Shown here in pieces: positions 23,672 to 35,297 of a DNA stretch of 39,791 bases (position 1 is the first letter of the stretch; the number at the start of each line of letters is the position of its first letter). Source of the DNA: Chiloscyllium plagiosum (lineage: Eukaryota). Location of the stretch: contig NC_057750.1 of assembly GCF_004010195.1 (NCBI RefSeq), forward strand, positions 18,236,917 to 18,276,707, in the 5' to 3' direction. Made by a program: the position numbers and the translations under genes. A model generated the notes under the pieces. It was not told where the DNA came from, made no database searches, and worked only from the letters and a program-made list of their open reading frames with translations.

Positions 23672-24339
23672 TTGGCACTTCAGCCCATCATGATAATGCT
23701 GGTAATCAAACATCTATTCTAATGCCATTTACCAGCACTTGGTCTGTAACCTTGTATGCTATGGTGTTTCAAGAGTTGACTAGATACTTCTTTAGTGTCT
23801 TTAGGGTTCCTACATCTGCAACCTTTTAGGCAGCGAGTTCCAGGTATCCACCATCCTCTTGGTGAAACACTATTCCCTCAAATCCCCTTTAAACCTTCTG
23901 CTCCTCACCTTAAAGCTGCGCCTCCGGTTATTGACCTCTTTACTAAAATGAAACTTTTCTCCTTATCCACGCAGCCCAATTTTGCACACCTCAATCAGGG
24001 CCCCACCTCAACTTCTCTGCTCTCAAGAAAACAGTCCCAGCCTATGAAGTCTCTCTGCACAGCTGAACTGTAACAGCCTGGTGTATCTCCTCTGTATCTT
24101 GTCCAGTGCAATCGTGTCTTTCATATAGTGTGGCAAACTGTACTCCAGCTGTGGTCTACCCAATGTTATATACAGCTCCATTATAACCACCTTGTTCTTA
24201 TATTCAATGACTCTATTAATAAAGGTGGATGCCTTCTTAGCCACCTTGTGTCTTGTTGCTTCCAAGGATCTATAGTCGTGCATTAAAAGGTCATTTTGAT
24301 CCTCCATCTCCCAGGGTCTTACCATTCAAAGTTACTTTT

Positions 24340-24528
24340 TTAAAAACTGAAAGAACTGCAGATGCTGTACATTAGAAACAGAAGTTGCTGGAAAAGCTTA
24401 GCAGGTCTAGCAGCATCTGTGAAGAGAAATCAAAGTTAACTTTTTGGGTCCAGTGACTCTTCCTCAGAATGGTCCTGAGGAAGGGTCCCCAGACACGAAA
24501 CGTTAATTTTGATTTCTCTTCACAGATG
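24340..24528. mobile_element. short palindromic PLE-derived family B element with hammerhead-like core
   Basis: + strand 24475-24504 CUGAGGA-A-GGGUC-CCCA-GACAC-GAAACGUU, flanked by inverted arms catctgtgaagagaaatcaaa / tttgatttctcttcacagatg. Confidence 0.6.
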
Positions 24529-24664
24529 TTACTTCTCGGTCTTGTCAGATCTCCGAAAAGGTATCACATCACACTTTTCAGTATTAAGATTCCATTTGCC
24601 ACTGTTCAGCCCATCTAACCAGCCCAAATATATCCTCCTGTAGTCGAAGTATTTCCTCCTTGAC

Positions 24665-25000
24665 AATTACATACCAACTTGCAACAGGAAGGAATGAAAC
24701 ACTGACGTGTTACACATTTCAGAGGGAGCGGTGTGTTGGGAGCAAAGGAACAGTTCTTGCAGAAGGCAGACAGGGAAGGGAATGTCTGTCTGGTGGCGGC
24801 AAAATGGCACCTAATGATCCACTGGATGGGGATGCTGGTAGCATGTTGGATGACGACAAGGGAGATCCTATTGCTGTTGTGGGAGGGAAGAGAGGGGGTG
24901 AGGGCTGAAGTGCGGGAGATGGGTCGCACCTGCCCGAGGGCCCTGTCAATTACAGTGCCAGGGAATCCTCAGTTGGAGGAAGAAGATGGACAATTCTAAT
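24665..25000 (-). mobile_element. Penelope-like element internal fragment
   Basis: ORF 24615..24929 (ISRTSALTPSLPSHNSNRISLV...IQWIIRCHF) resembles the PLE RT-endonuclease linker. Confidence 0.6.
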
Positions 25001-25640
25001 TCCATTTTCCACCACCTGACCCAGTGCTGTGCATGCCTTGGCATCACAACAACACATCTAAATAAGTTCTAAATGCTATGAGAGTTTCTGTTTCCACCAC
25101 CCTTACAGGCACCCTCTGGGTGAAAACATTTTTCCTTACATCCCCACTGAACCTCTTGCCTTAAATCTATGACACTTGTCATTGACCCCTTCAAGGGAAA
25201 GGTTCCTTTCTGTCTATCCTATCTATTTAGAGATCTCATTCATGCTCCCCTTCGGTCTCCTCCAAGGAAAAGAACCCTATTTATCCAAACTCTCTTCATA
25301 ACTAAACCATTCAGCAGCATTCCCTCTAATTTTCTTTCTGTGTAGCTCTCCAAGGCCCATACGTAGTAGCAACTTCCAGAACAGGAAGTCAACATCACAA
25401 CTGGCCTGCCATACTGATTACCATATACAGAACATTGGCGCAGCAGCAACTTAGAAGGAACACTGCTTTCCAGCCTTGGCAATATCCTGGTAAATCCCTT
25501 CTGCATCCTCTCCAGTATAATCACAAACCTCCTAAAATGTGGTTTCCAGAACTGCACACAATATTCTAGATGTGGCCTAACCAACAATTTATATAGTTCA
25601 CTGATGTTAAACTCTATGCCTTGGCTAATAAAGACAAGCA

Positions 25641-26180
25641 GTTGGGATCAGAGTGGTACTGGAAAAGCACAGCAGGTCAGGCAGCATCCGAGGAGCAGGA
25701 AAATCAACGTTTCAGGCAAAAACCTTTCATCAGGAATAGAGGCAGGGTGCCTTCAGGGTGGAGAGATAAATGGGGGGATTACAGGAACACTTCAACCCCA
25801 GGGCATCAATGTGGACTTTACCAGTTTCCTCATTTCTCCTCCTCTCACCTTAACCCAGTTCCAACCTTCCACCTCAGCACTGTCCTCATGACCTGTCCTA
25901 CCTGCCTATCTTCTTTTCCACCTATCCACTCCACCCTTCTCTCTGACCTAACACCTTCATCCCCACCCCGATTCATCTATTGTACTCTTTGCTACCAACC
26001 CCCCCCCCCCCCATTTATCTCTCCACTCTGGAGGCTCCCTGTCTCTATTCCTGATGATGAAGGGCCTTTGCCTGAAATATCGATTTTCCTGCTCCTCGGA
26101 TGTTGCCTGACCTGCTGTGCTTTTCCAGCACCACTCTAATCTAAACTCTGGTTTCCAGCATCTGCAGTCCCCACTTTTGC
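25641..26180 (+). mobile_element. Penelope 3' fragment with inverted pseudo-LTR and 16-bp TSD
   Basis: GTLQPQGINVDFTSF plus terminus. Inverted copy at 25641-25780 carries a minus-strand core 25706-25733 (CUGAUGA...GAAACGUU). TSD CTAA(T/C)AAAGACAAGCA at 25625-25640 and 26181-26196. Confidence 0.8.
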
Positions 26181-26230
26181 CTAACAAAGACAAGCATTCC
26201 CTTTGCCTTTTTAACCACTTTATCTACCTG

Positions 26231-26390
26231 GAAGAAGTGAAGACTGTAGATGCTGGAGGTCAGAGTCAGAATCGATGTTTCAGGTATAAGCCGTTCCTGA
26301 TCAAGGGCTTATGCCTGAAATGTCGACTCTCCTGCTCCTTGGATGCTGTCTGACCGGCTGCGTTTTTCCAGGACCACATTCTTCGACACG
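26231..26390. mobile_element. short PLE-derived family A element with 11-bp TSD
   Basis: TSD TTATCTACCTG at 26220-26230 and 26391-26401; mutated hammerhead core. Confidence 0.7.
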
Positions 26391-27463
26391 TTATCTACCT
26401 GTCCTACTACCTTAAGGGATCAATGCATACTAAGGTCCTGCTAATCCTCAGTGCTTCCCAGGTTCCAACCATTAATCTTGTATTCCCTTGCCTTGTTTGA
26501 CCTGTTCAAGTGTATAATCTCACTTATCTGGACTGCATTCCATTGCCCGCGGACAATATGATCAGCCCTGTGCAATCTAAGATTACCCTATTTACCACAC
26601 CAAATTTTCACAACATCTGAGGATTTAGTGATTGACCGTCTTATGTTCAAGTCTAAATCATTTATATATACTACAAACAGTAAGGGCCATAACACTGTCC
26701 TCCAGTCCTCTGGCAACTCTCATGTGGTCAGACAGGAATTGAAAATTACTGAGCGCACCTCTAATATTTTCTCACTTTCCCCAATTAGATGTTAGGCTTC
26801 ACTACCTAACATTGAGCCCAGGACTGCAGCTTTACATTGGGCCTTTTACATACTGGCTTAAAAAGCGCTCCTGAATGCATTTTAACAATTCTGCTCCCTC
26901 TAAACCATTCACTCTGACTACCCCAGTTAATATAGAGGAAGTTAGAATCTCTGACCATTATTACCCTATTATTTTTACACTTCTGAGACTTACCTACATG
27001 CCTCTCCTTGCTTGCTTGGAATACTATAGTACCCCTCCAGGTAAGTGACAGTCACCTCTTTGATTTCAAGTTTCACCCATATGGCCTAATTTGAAGAACC
27101 TAAGATATTGTCCCTCAACTTCAGTAATTGACTCTGATCAATATTGTAACATCTGCCCAGCCATTGCCCTCCCACAACCATGTCTCTGTGACAGAAATGC
27201 TGTCCCAACCCTACGCGTTAGTCAACATCCTCAAATCATCTACCTTACTCACAAGACTCCCTACATTAAAACAACTAGCATTCAGCCTTCTGACTCGACT
27301 TTGTTTGCAATGCCTTCTGGACTGACCTGATGCTTTGTCTATACTTGTCTGTGTATCACCCCCTGCTGTACCTCCACTCTTTGGCACTGCACTGCACTGC
27401 AAAATATGTGAAGCATCCACCTAGGTCTCTCAACAAACATGCTAGAGTGAACCCTTTGCCTAC

Positions 27464-28561
27464 CATCTCCATTATTTTCAGCTTCTCCTTGGAAATAATA
27501 TTTTTGCTTTTAAGTTGGTCCACAAGACTTTCCATTGCTTTCAGCCGGACTGAATTCCTCCTTTCACGTTGCTGTATAACTTTCACCTTTTTTTGCAAGT
27601 TAGCAATAATTCTTTCAAGCTGATCTATTGGGAGGTCACTTTTGTAGTACGAATGTTCACCTTGTACTTCTGAGAGGTCAGGCAGCGCAGGCACAACTGT
27701 TTCTACTGCAGCAATGACTGCCCCAGTGGGCATAACTGCATGATTTTGCACGATTGGTGAAGTTGACATAATTGGTACAAGGACAGCAGAAGGCACTGTC
27801 AGTAGTGTTTCAAAGCCGGACAGTTTTGTCAAAGTTTCAGTTGCTGCTGCCATTAATATGGTTGATGTTGGAGAAGATAGGTTGGTGAGTGATAATGTTT
27901 GATCAGTCGATACTGCAGCTGAAGCAGTTTCAACATCCTCAAAATTGGACATTGCTGGAGTAGAAGGGACTGATGGTGGAGGTTTTAACTGGAACGATGT
28001 CAGCATTTCAATATCTTGAGCAGCTGGAAGCACCATTTCTATTGGTCCTGGCTCTGATTCCTCACACATCTGTGTCGACACAAGCTGTGAAGTTTCAACT
28101 GTTGGCAAAGTTGTAGCTGTTGTTCCAGTTTCAACTGATGTCAATGTTGGTGTAAGTGGAACAGTTTCAACAGCTGCAACATTTTCAAATGGCAATAGTG
28201 ATGGCTCCATTAGTACAGATGGAGGAGATCTGCCTTTGTCTATTTGCAATAACTCAAAGGGATTCACTGTCATGTTCAGTAAAGGTTGAACAGCTGGTGT
28301 AATTGATTCAGACGTAGAGTCAATACAGGCACTGCCAGAAGTTACAGGTACCTTATCAGCTTCATTAATTGAATTTGATGAAGTTGACAGAGTTGGTTCT
28401 GTTGTCATAACTAACAATGCAAGCGCATCTGGCTCACTCATTTTATGTGATTGAACTGGAACAGTTTGCATTTGCAACATCATTTCATCTTCATTGTTTT
28501 GACCTTCCAATCTCTTTTTTTTCCATTTATTTCCAATTGATCGAGCAAGGGCTTTCCTTTT
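27464..28561 (-). CDS. thap8: THAP8-like coding exon 3 (basic NLS-like stretch, S/T/P-rich linker, EHSY HCF-binding motif, coiled coil)
   Basis: Acceptor tttccctag|AAA, in frame with ORF 27356..28510. Begins KRKALARSIGNKWKKKR; EHSY at 27647-27658; coiled coil LERIIANLQKKVKVIQQRERR...LKAMESLVDQLK. Donor ATG|gtaggc, phase 0. Confidence 0.88.
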
Positions 28562-29289
28562 CTAGGGAAATATTTTTAAATTAGAAATTTCAAGAATACA
28601 ATTGATCCCACAGAAACATTTTAACATGCATTAACTACAGTTATCACACACTGGGATCTTTTTAAGCTGCCCTCATTGCTACTGAAGACCTTTGGAAACT
28701 AATTGTCCATTATTATGCTGATACTGTTCAAATTAATTAATCCTGTTTGGCAGTACATATTTAAAAGTTTCCTAGTTTAAACCTGTACAAAAGGAACACA
28801 AAAGATGCCCTATTGCCTATTCATTGTCAGTAACACCCAGTTGCATAAACATGAATCTGTAATGACTAGAAAACCCAAATGTGCTTGTTGCCCTGCTGCA
28901 AGTTGGCTCACCTCAACCAGGGCAACAACTGGTGCTTCTACAATTAACATCAACTCTTGGGGCGAGGGAGTAGGAATGGTGAGGGGTTTCAGCTTCTGGC
29001 CAAAATATACTGATCCTTTTTTGCTCTTCTCAAGAACATGATATCCTGTTTCACAGAATCTCGGTTCTTTAATTTGATCTATCGGTTAGAGAAGTCCCTG
29101 TTTGTGGGTATCTGAGAGATCAGAACAAGGCCTCTCACAATGTAACAATCTCTAACATTCACCATTTTCACTTGTACATAGATTGACAAACTGAGCGAGA
29201 TTGCTAATTGTTTGAACTTTCATTTCTATTGTCTTTTAGGGGAGGCGACAGCTTAGCAGTATTATCGCTGGACAATTAATCCAAAAATG

Positions 29290-29800
29290 AAAAGCATGGC
29301 GCTAGACAAGCACAGCAGGTCAGGCAGCATCCGAGAAGCAGGAGAGTCGACCTTTCGGGCATAAGCCCTTCATCAGGAATGTGGGGAGGGGGGAGGGGGG
29401 CGGGGGGGTGGCTGGCTGAGAAATAATTAGAAAAGTGTGAGGATGAGATGGAGGGAGATTTGGAAACTAGTGAAGTCGATGTTGATGTGATTGAAGGGTC
29501 CCAAGGCAGACGATGAGATGTTCTTCCTCCAGTCATCAGGTAGCTTGGATTTGACGGTGCAAGAGGCCCAGGACTTGCATATCCTTGGTGGAGTGGGAGA
29601 GGGAGTTGAAATGGTCAGCCACAGGGCGGTGGGGCTGCTTGGTGCATGTGTCCCAGAGATGTTCCCTGAAATGTTCGGCAAGTTGGCGTCCTGTCTCCCC
29701 AATATACAGGAGACCACATTGAGAGCAATGGACACAGTAGATGAGGCATTTGGAGGGGGGCAGGTTTATACCTCTTGCAGCAGCAAGGAAAAGTGCTAAG
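29290..29800 (-). mobile_element. Penelope-like GIY-YIG 3' fragment with hammerhead core, nested in a tRNA-derived SINE (~29240-30080)
   Basis: ORF 29536..29814 (LIYCVHCSQCGLLYIGETGRQLAEHFREH...VADHFN). Minus-strand core 29349-29376 CUGAUGA-A-GGGC-UUAU-GCCC-GAAAGGUC. Confidence 0.8.
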
Positions 29801-30599
29801 TGTGATCCAGACATTCAGGTAATGTTCTGGGGACCTGAATTTGAATATTATGGTAGATTGTGGAATTCAAATTCAATAAAAATCTGAAACTAAAAGTCTC
29901 ATGCGGAGCATTTAGCCATCTTTGATTGTTGGAAAAAATCCATCTCGTTCACCCATGCCTTTAGGGAAGGAAGCTGCCATCCTTACCTGATTGGGCCTAC
30001 ATGAGAGTCCAGACCCACAGCAATGCAGCTCTCTCTGGGCAAGTACTGACACCCTCATCTTGTGAATGAATTTTTTAAAAAGCCCTCAAGATGTTCCCAA
30101 AGCATCAAGTAGCAAATGAGCTACTTTGAAATGAAATATTGTTGTGTGCAGCCTACATAATATCCCACTGATAGTGTTGAGATGAAGATGGATAATGAGT
30201 CAGTTTTTTAAAGTGTTACTGATAGATCAATGGAAACCAGGATACCATTGAAACTGCCCAGTTATCCTTTCAATTAGTTACCTTGGACAGTTGAGGCCTC
30301 AGTTTTAAAATAGTATCAAAAATGGCACCATCTTCAATAAGTGCTTTCTTGGCAATTCAGAAAGTTATCCGTCTAGATTATGTGCTGAAGCCCTACAAGA
30401 GGGATTCCAACTCGAGAAAAATGTGGAATCATAGAATCAAGCTGCTTGTACTCTAATGAAAATTGGTGTCTTCAAATCAACAGAATAATTAGGAAATTTA
30501 AAAAGTTTCTGAAAATGTTGTTTCAACAGTCCCTTTGTGACTCCTACCATCTAGAAGGACAAAGGCAGCCGATGCATGGGAATATTGCTCCAAAAAAGG

Positions 30600-31470
30600 T
30601 GTAGTGGACAGGAAAAAGATCTCAGTACAACGGAATCTTGATCAGATGGGCCTAATGGACTGAGGAATGGCAGATGGAGTTTAATTTAGGTAAAAGCAAG
30701 GTGCTACATTTTGGAAAAGCAAATCAGAGCAGGACTTATACTTAATGGTAAGGTCCTAGGGAGTGTTGCTGAACAAAGCGTTCTTGGAGTGCAGGTTCAT
30801 AGTTCGTTGAAAGTAGAGTTGCAGTAGATAGCATAGTAAAGGCAGTGTTTGGTATGCTTTCCTCTATTAGCCAGAGGAGTTGGGAGGTCATGTTGCGGCT
30901 GTACAGAACATTGATTAGGCCATTATTGGAATATTGCGTGCAATTCTAGGTTCAGACAAGGATTTATGAGGATGTTGCCAGGGTTGGTTGATTTGAGCTA
31001 CAGGGTGAGGCTGTATTCAGTTTTAAAATAGCATCATATTTTAATATCTTAAAATAGGCTGAGGCTGTTTCCTCTAGAACATCGGAGGCTGAGGGGTGAC
31101 CTGAAAGAGGTTTATAAAATCAGGAGGACCATGGATAGGATAAATAGACAAGGTATTTTCCCTGCGGTGGGGGAGTCCAGAACTAGACGGCATAGATTTA
31201 GGGTGAGAGGGGAAATATGAAAGGAACCGAAGGGGCAACTTTTACATGCAGAGGGTGGTGCATGTATGGAATGAGCTGCCAGAGGAAGTGGTGGAGGCTG
31301 GTACAATTACAGCATTTAAAAGGCATCTGGATGGTATATGAATAGGAAAGGTTTAGAAGGATATGGGCCAAGTGCTGGCAAATGGGAGTAGATTGGGTTA
31401 ACATATGTGGTCAGCACGGATGAGTTGGACCAAAGGCTCTGTTTCTGTGCTGTATATCTCTATGACTCTA
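30600..31470 (+). mobile_element. CR1 LINE 3' fragment
   Basis: DLDQMG..EEWQMEFN..VLHFGK, EVMLRLYRTLIRPLLEYCVQF; (atgactct)-type tail; same subfamily as 38790-39791. Confidence 0.85.
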
Positions 31471-32511
31471 AGTCACAAACCGTTCGGACCTGGAAATATA
31501 TTACAGTTCCTTCACTGTTGCTGTGTCAAATCCTGTAATTCCTTCCCCAACCGCATTCTGGGTGTCCCTACACCCTAAGGACTTCAGCAGCTCAAGAAGG
31601 CAGCTTTCCACCCTTCTTCAGGACAAGTAAGGATAGGCAATGAAGGCTTGCCAGCATTGCCACATTTTGTGAATAAGTTTTTTAAAAAAACATGTAAGAG
31701 AATTTGGAGCAAATGGGGAGGAAATGACAGTCATATTATAGAGCACAGAAATACACTCTTCGGTCCAACTCATCCGTACTGACCAAGTTTCCTAAATAAA
31801 ACTAATCCCCAATTGCCTGCGTTTGGCTCATATCCTTCTGAACATTTTCTATTCATATACCTTTCCAAATGTCTGTTAATGTTGTAACTGTTACTGTGTC
31901 CAGCACTTCCTCTGGTAGTTCATTTCACATACAAATCAGCCTGTGAGAAAAAGTTGCCCTCAGCTCCCTTTTAATTCTTTCTCCTCTCGTGGCTGTGTTC
32001 CAAATTTCTCTTATTTTTCAATTAATTCACAAATAAAGCACTGTTTACTGCTCATCCCTAAAACCAATATACATTCAGCATGTTTGGTTGGAGTTTAGAA
32101 TCACAAGCCAGATGCTAGGCAAAGACTGTAGGCTTCCTTTTCAAAAGGACATTGTGATCCAGTTGGGTTTTAAAGTTTAAATCTCTCAGCTTTGTGATTA
32201 CTTTCACTGGTCACAGTTTGCTTTCATTTTCAGATTTTTAAAATAAAACCAATCTCAAATTCTGATTTTTAACACAAATTCTGTGAATTAGCAGCCCAGG
32301 TTCTTCGGCCCAGGCCACTCATTCACTTTGCCACCAGTTAGTGAGTCTGGCAAGGATACATCAAGGGTTCACTTCAGTTCCATTTCTTCAAGCTACCAGA
32401 GCCTTATTTCCAGGTGTACTCCTCATCTATTTTCAGTAGATTTCAGCATTATTCCACAAATTTTGAAAAAGCACACACAGGAATATTCAAACCTACAGAG
32501 ACCAAACATAC

Positions 32512-32704
32512 CGTAGGCTGCTCTGGAAAAGAAAACATTGTAGGTACAGCATCTGCTTTCAAGTATCGTGTCCCCCACTTCCATTCAAAGTTGTCAGGAG
32601 TAAAGTGCTCACTGCAGACGTACTGGTATTGAGATGGAAGCCATTTCTCCTTTTTCATGTTGGAAAGCCATTTTGCGAGTCTCTCTTTGTCATTCAATGG
32701 AAAC
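32512..32704 (-). CDS. thap8: THAP8-like coding exon 2 (rest of THAP domain)
   Basis: Acceptor ttttgattgag|G completes the AAG codon. Reads FPLNDKERLAKWLSNMKKEKWLPSQYQYVCSEHFTPDNFEWKWGTRYLKADAVPTMFSFPEQPT (THAP P/W/F residues, CSEHF, AVPTxF box). Donor ACG|gtatgt, phase 0. Confidence 0.93.
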
Positions 32705-33129
32705 CTCAATCAAAACGAAAAGTAGCTTCTGAGAGACTCAAAACAAATATGGATTCTCCTGATGCTATAGGTAACAGTTTAGTGTTTTATCAACAACTTT
32801 CCCAACTCACCAAAACCCCGAGCACTCTTTACATGTCAATTTTTAACCAAGAAATTAAGACTTCTCCACAATTCAACACTAATCAGAAAAGCTCATTGAT
32901 CATGAATTCTCAGGTATAGCAATCGCCTCCACTGGAGATGAAACAGCGATAGGTGATATCGTGGACAGTGTTGAAGGTTATCTAAGATTACAAAGAGATC
33001 TTTATCAATTTGGTCAATGCGCTAAGTGGCAGATGGAATTTAATTTGGATAAATGTGAGGTGTTGCATTTTGGTATAACAAACAAGGGCAGGACTTATAC
33101 AATTAATGGTAGGACCTTGGGTAGTGTTA

Positions 33130-33797
33130 AGCCACTCCACTAATCTCCAGATATACAAGGATAGAACACCCCTGATCCTCACCTTCCACCCCACTGATCT
33201 CCAGATATACAAGGACAGACCGCCCCGATCCTCACTTTCCACCCGACTAATGTCCGGATGCAGCACGTAAACCTCCGCCATTTCTACCACCTACAAACAG
33301 ACCCCACCGCTACAGACATATTTCCCTCCCCATCCCTATTGGTGTTCCACATACACCATTCCTTCTGTGACTCCCTTGTTAGGTCCATGACCCCCCCCAC
33401 CAACCCACCCTCAACACCTGGCACCTTGCCATGCTGCTGCAACAGGTACAAAACTTGCACTCACACCTACCCCCCTCACCTCCATCCAAGGCCCCAAAGG
33501 ACCTTTTCACATCCGGCAGAGATTTTCCTGCACATCCACCCACCTCATCTACTGTGACTGTTGCTCTTGTTGTGCTCTCCTCTACATCGGAGAGACAAGA
33601 AGCCAACTCACAGAGCGTTTCAGGGAACATGTCTGGGGGACACACACCAAATAACTCTACTGTCCTGACCACTTCAACTCCCTCTCTCCCACTGGCAAAT
33701 CCTAGTCACCTGACAACAGGAGGAAGAACACCTCATCTTAAGCCTCGGGACTTGACAACCACACAACATCAACATTGACTTCACTAGTTTCAAAATC
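33130..33797 (+). mobile_element. Penelope-like fragment inserted in a CR1 (32940-34370)
   Basis: DRTPLILTFHP..., HLIYCDCCSCCALLYIGETRSQLTERFREH; a ~54-bp tandem duplication at its 5' end. Confidence 0.75.
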
Positions 33798-33957
33798 TGG
33801 CTGTCCTGCTATAGGAAGGATATTATTAAGCTCGAGAGGGTTCAAAAAGATTTACCAGGATGCTGCCAGAAATGGAGGATTTGAGAAACAATAATAGGCT
33901 GATTTTCTTTACCACTAGAATGTAGGAGGTTGAGGGGTGACATTATAGAGATTTAGA

Positions 33958-34287
33958 AGGGCAGCACGATGGCTCAGTAGCTAGCACTGCTGCCTCACAG
34001 CACCAGGGACTTGGTTCAATTCCAGCCACAGGTGATTGTGTTGAGTTTGCACATTCTCCCTGTGTCTGCATGGGTCACCTCTGGGTACTCCAGTTTCCTC
34101 CGACAATCCAAAGATGTGCAGGTTAGATGAATTGGCAATGCTAAATTGCCCATAGTGTTCAGGGATGTGGAGGTTAGGTGCATTAGTCAGGGGTAAATAT
34201 AGGTTAAGGGAATAGGTCACTCTTCGGAGGGTGGGTGAGGACTTGTTGGGCCAAAGGGCCTGTTTCCACACCGTTGGGATTCTAACT
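33958..34287 (+). mobile_element. HE1/V-SINE
   Basis: tRNA-like head gggcagcacgatggctcagtagctagcac...ggttcaattcc, V-domain, tail gggccaaagggcctgtttccacac. Confidence 0.8.
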
Positions 34288-34574
34288 CTATAGTCATGAA
34301 AGACATAGATAATGTGTATAGCAAAGGTCTTTTCCCTACGGTTGGGGAAGTTCAAAACTCTGGAGCAAAACCAGACTAGAGTTGAATTCCAGCCTTGACT
34401 GACTGTCTCTATGGATTTCTGCCCACAATCAAAAGAAGTGCAGGTTAAGTGGATTGGCTGTGCTATATTGTACCATACTGTTCAGGTATGTGCAGGCTAG
34501 GTGGATTAGTCATGCAAAAGCAGGGTTGCAAGGATCAGGTGGGTATTGGGACTCAGTAGGATGCCCTTCAGAGA

Positions 34575-34915
34575 GTTGATATCTACAAGATGCACTGCAG
34601 AAATTCAAAGATCTCAGACAGCACCTTCCAAATCCACGGCCAAGGGACAAGGGTTGCAGATACATGGGAACACCACCAATTGCAAGTTCCCCTCCAAGTC
34701 ACTCACCATCCTGATTTGGAAATATATTGCCATTCCTTCACTGTTGCTTGGTCAAAATCCTGGAATTCCCTTCTAATGGCATTGTGAATCAACCTTGAGC
34801 AGGTAGACAGCAGCGGTTCAAGAAGGCAGCTCATCAATACCTTTTCAAGGGCAACTAGGGACAGGCAATGAAGGCTGGCCAACTAGTGACACCCACATCC
34901 CACAAAATGAGTAAA
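34575..34915 (+). mobile_element. non-LTR retrotransposon 3' fragment (another copy is split around the CR1 at 30530-31680)
   Basis: Shared motifs ggacaagg..gcaga..catgggaa, tggaaatatat, ttccttcactgttgct, caagaaggcagct. Confidence 0.5.
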
Positions 34916-34973
34916 TATAAAAAAGTTGATGCAGACTTGATGGGTCAAGTGCCCTCTTTCCACACCTTTCGCT

Positions 34974-35297
34974 GGGCAGCACGGTGCCTCACAATGCCAG
35001 GGACCTGGGTTCAAATCCAGTCTCAGACGACCGTCTGTGCGGAGTTTACACATTCTCCCCGTGTCTGCGTGGGTTTCCTCTGGGTATTCCAGTTTCCTCC
35101 CACAATCCAAAGACATTAGGTGAATTGACTCTGCTAAATTGCCTATAGTGTTCAGGGATGTGTAGGTTAGGTGCATTAGCTAAGTGTAGAGTAATAGGTT
35201 TGGGGAACAGGTCTGGGTGAGCTACTCTTCGAAAGGTCTGTGTGTACTTGTTGGGCCAAAGGGCCTGTTTCCACACAGTAGGGATTCTTAAAAAAAA
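34974..35297 (+). mobile_element. HE1/V-SINE
   Basis: gggcagcacggtg...gggttcaaatcc head, V-domain, tail plus A-run. Confidence 0.8.

Larger units (their letters stand above)
25020..27200 (-). mobile_element. decayed CR1 LINE, repeatedly interrupted
   Basis: LVRPHLEYCVQFWKPH..RMQKGFTRILP (25240..25587); TETWL motif near 27180. Confidence 0.65.

Noticed and set aside
13800..27464. THAP-T-box fusion by splicing THAP8 exon 3 to the acceptor at 14060
   Set aside because: A phase-0 join is out of frame with the T-box and stops near 13800; the T-box frame has upstream stops; a proper exon 4 and a separate CpG promoter exist.
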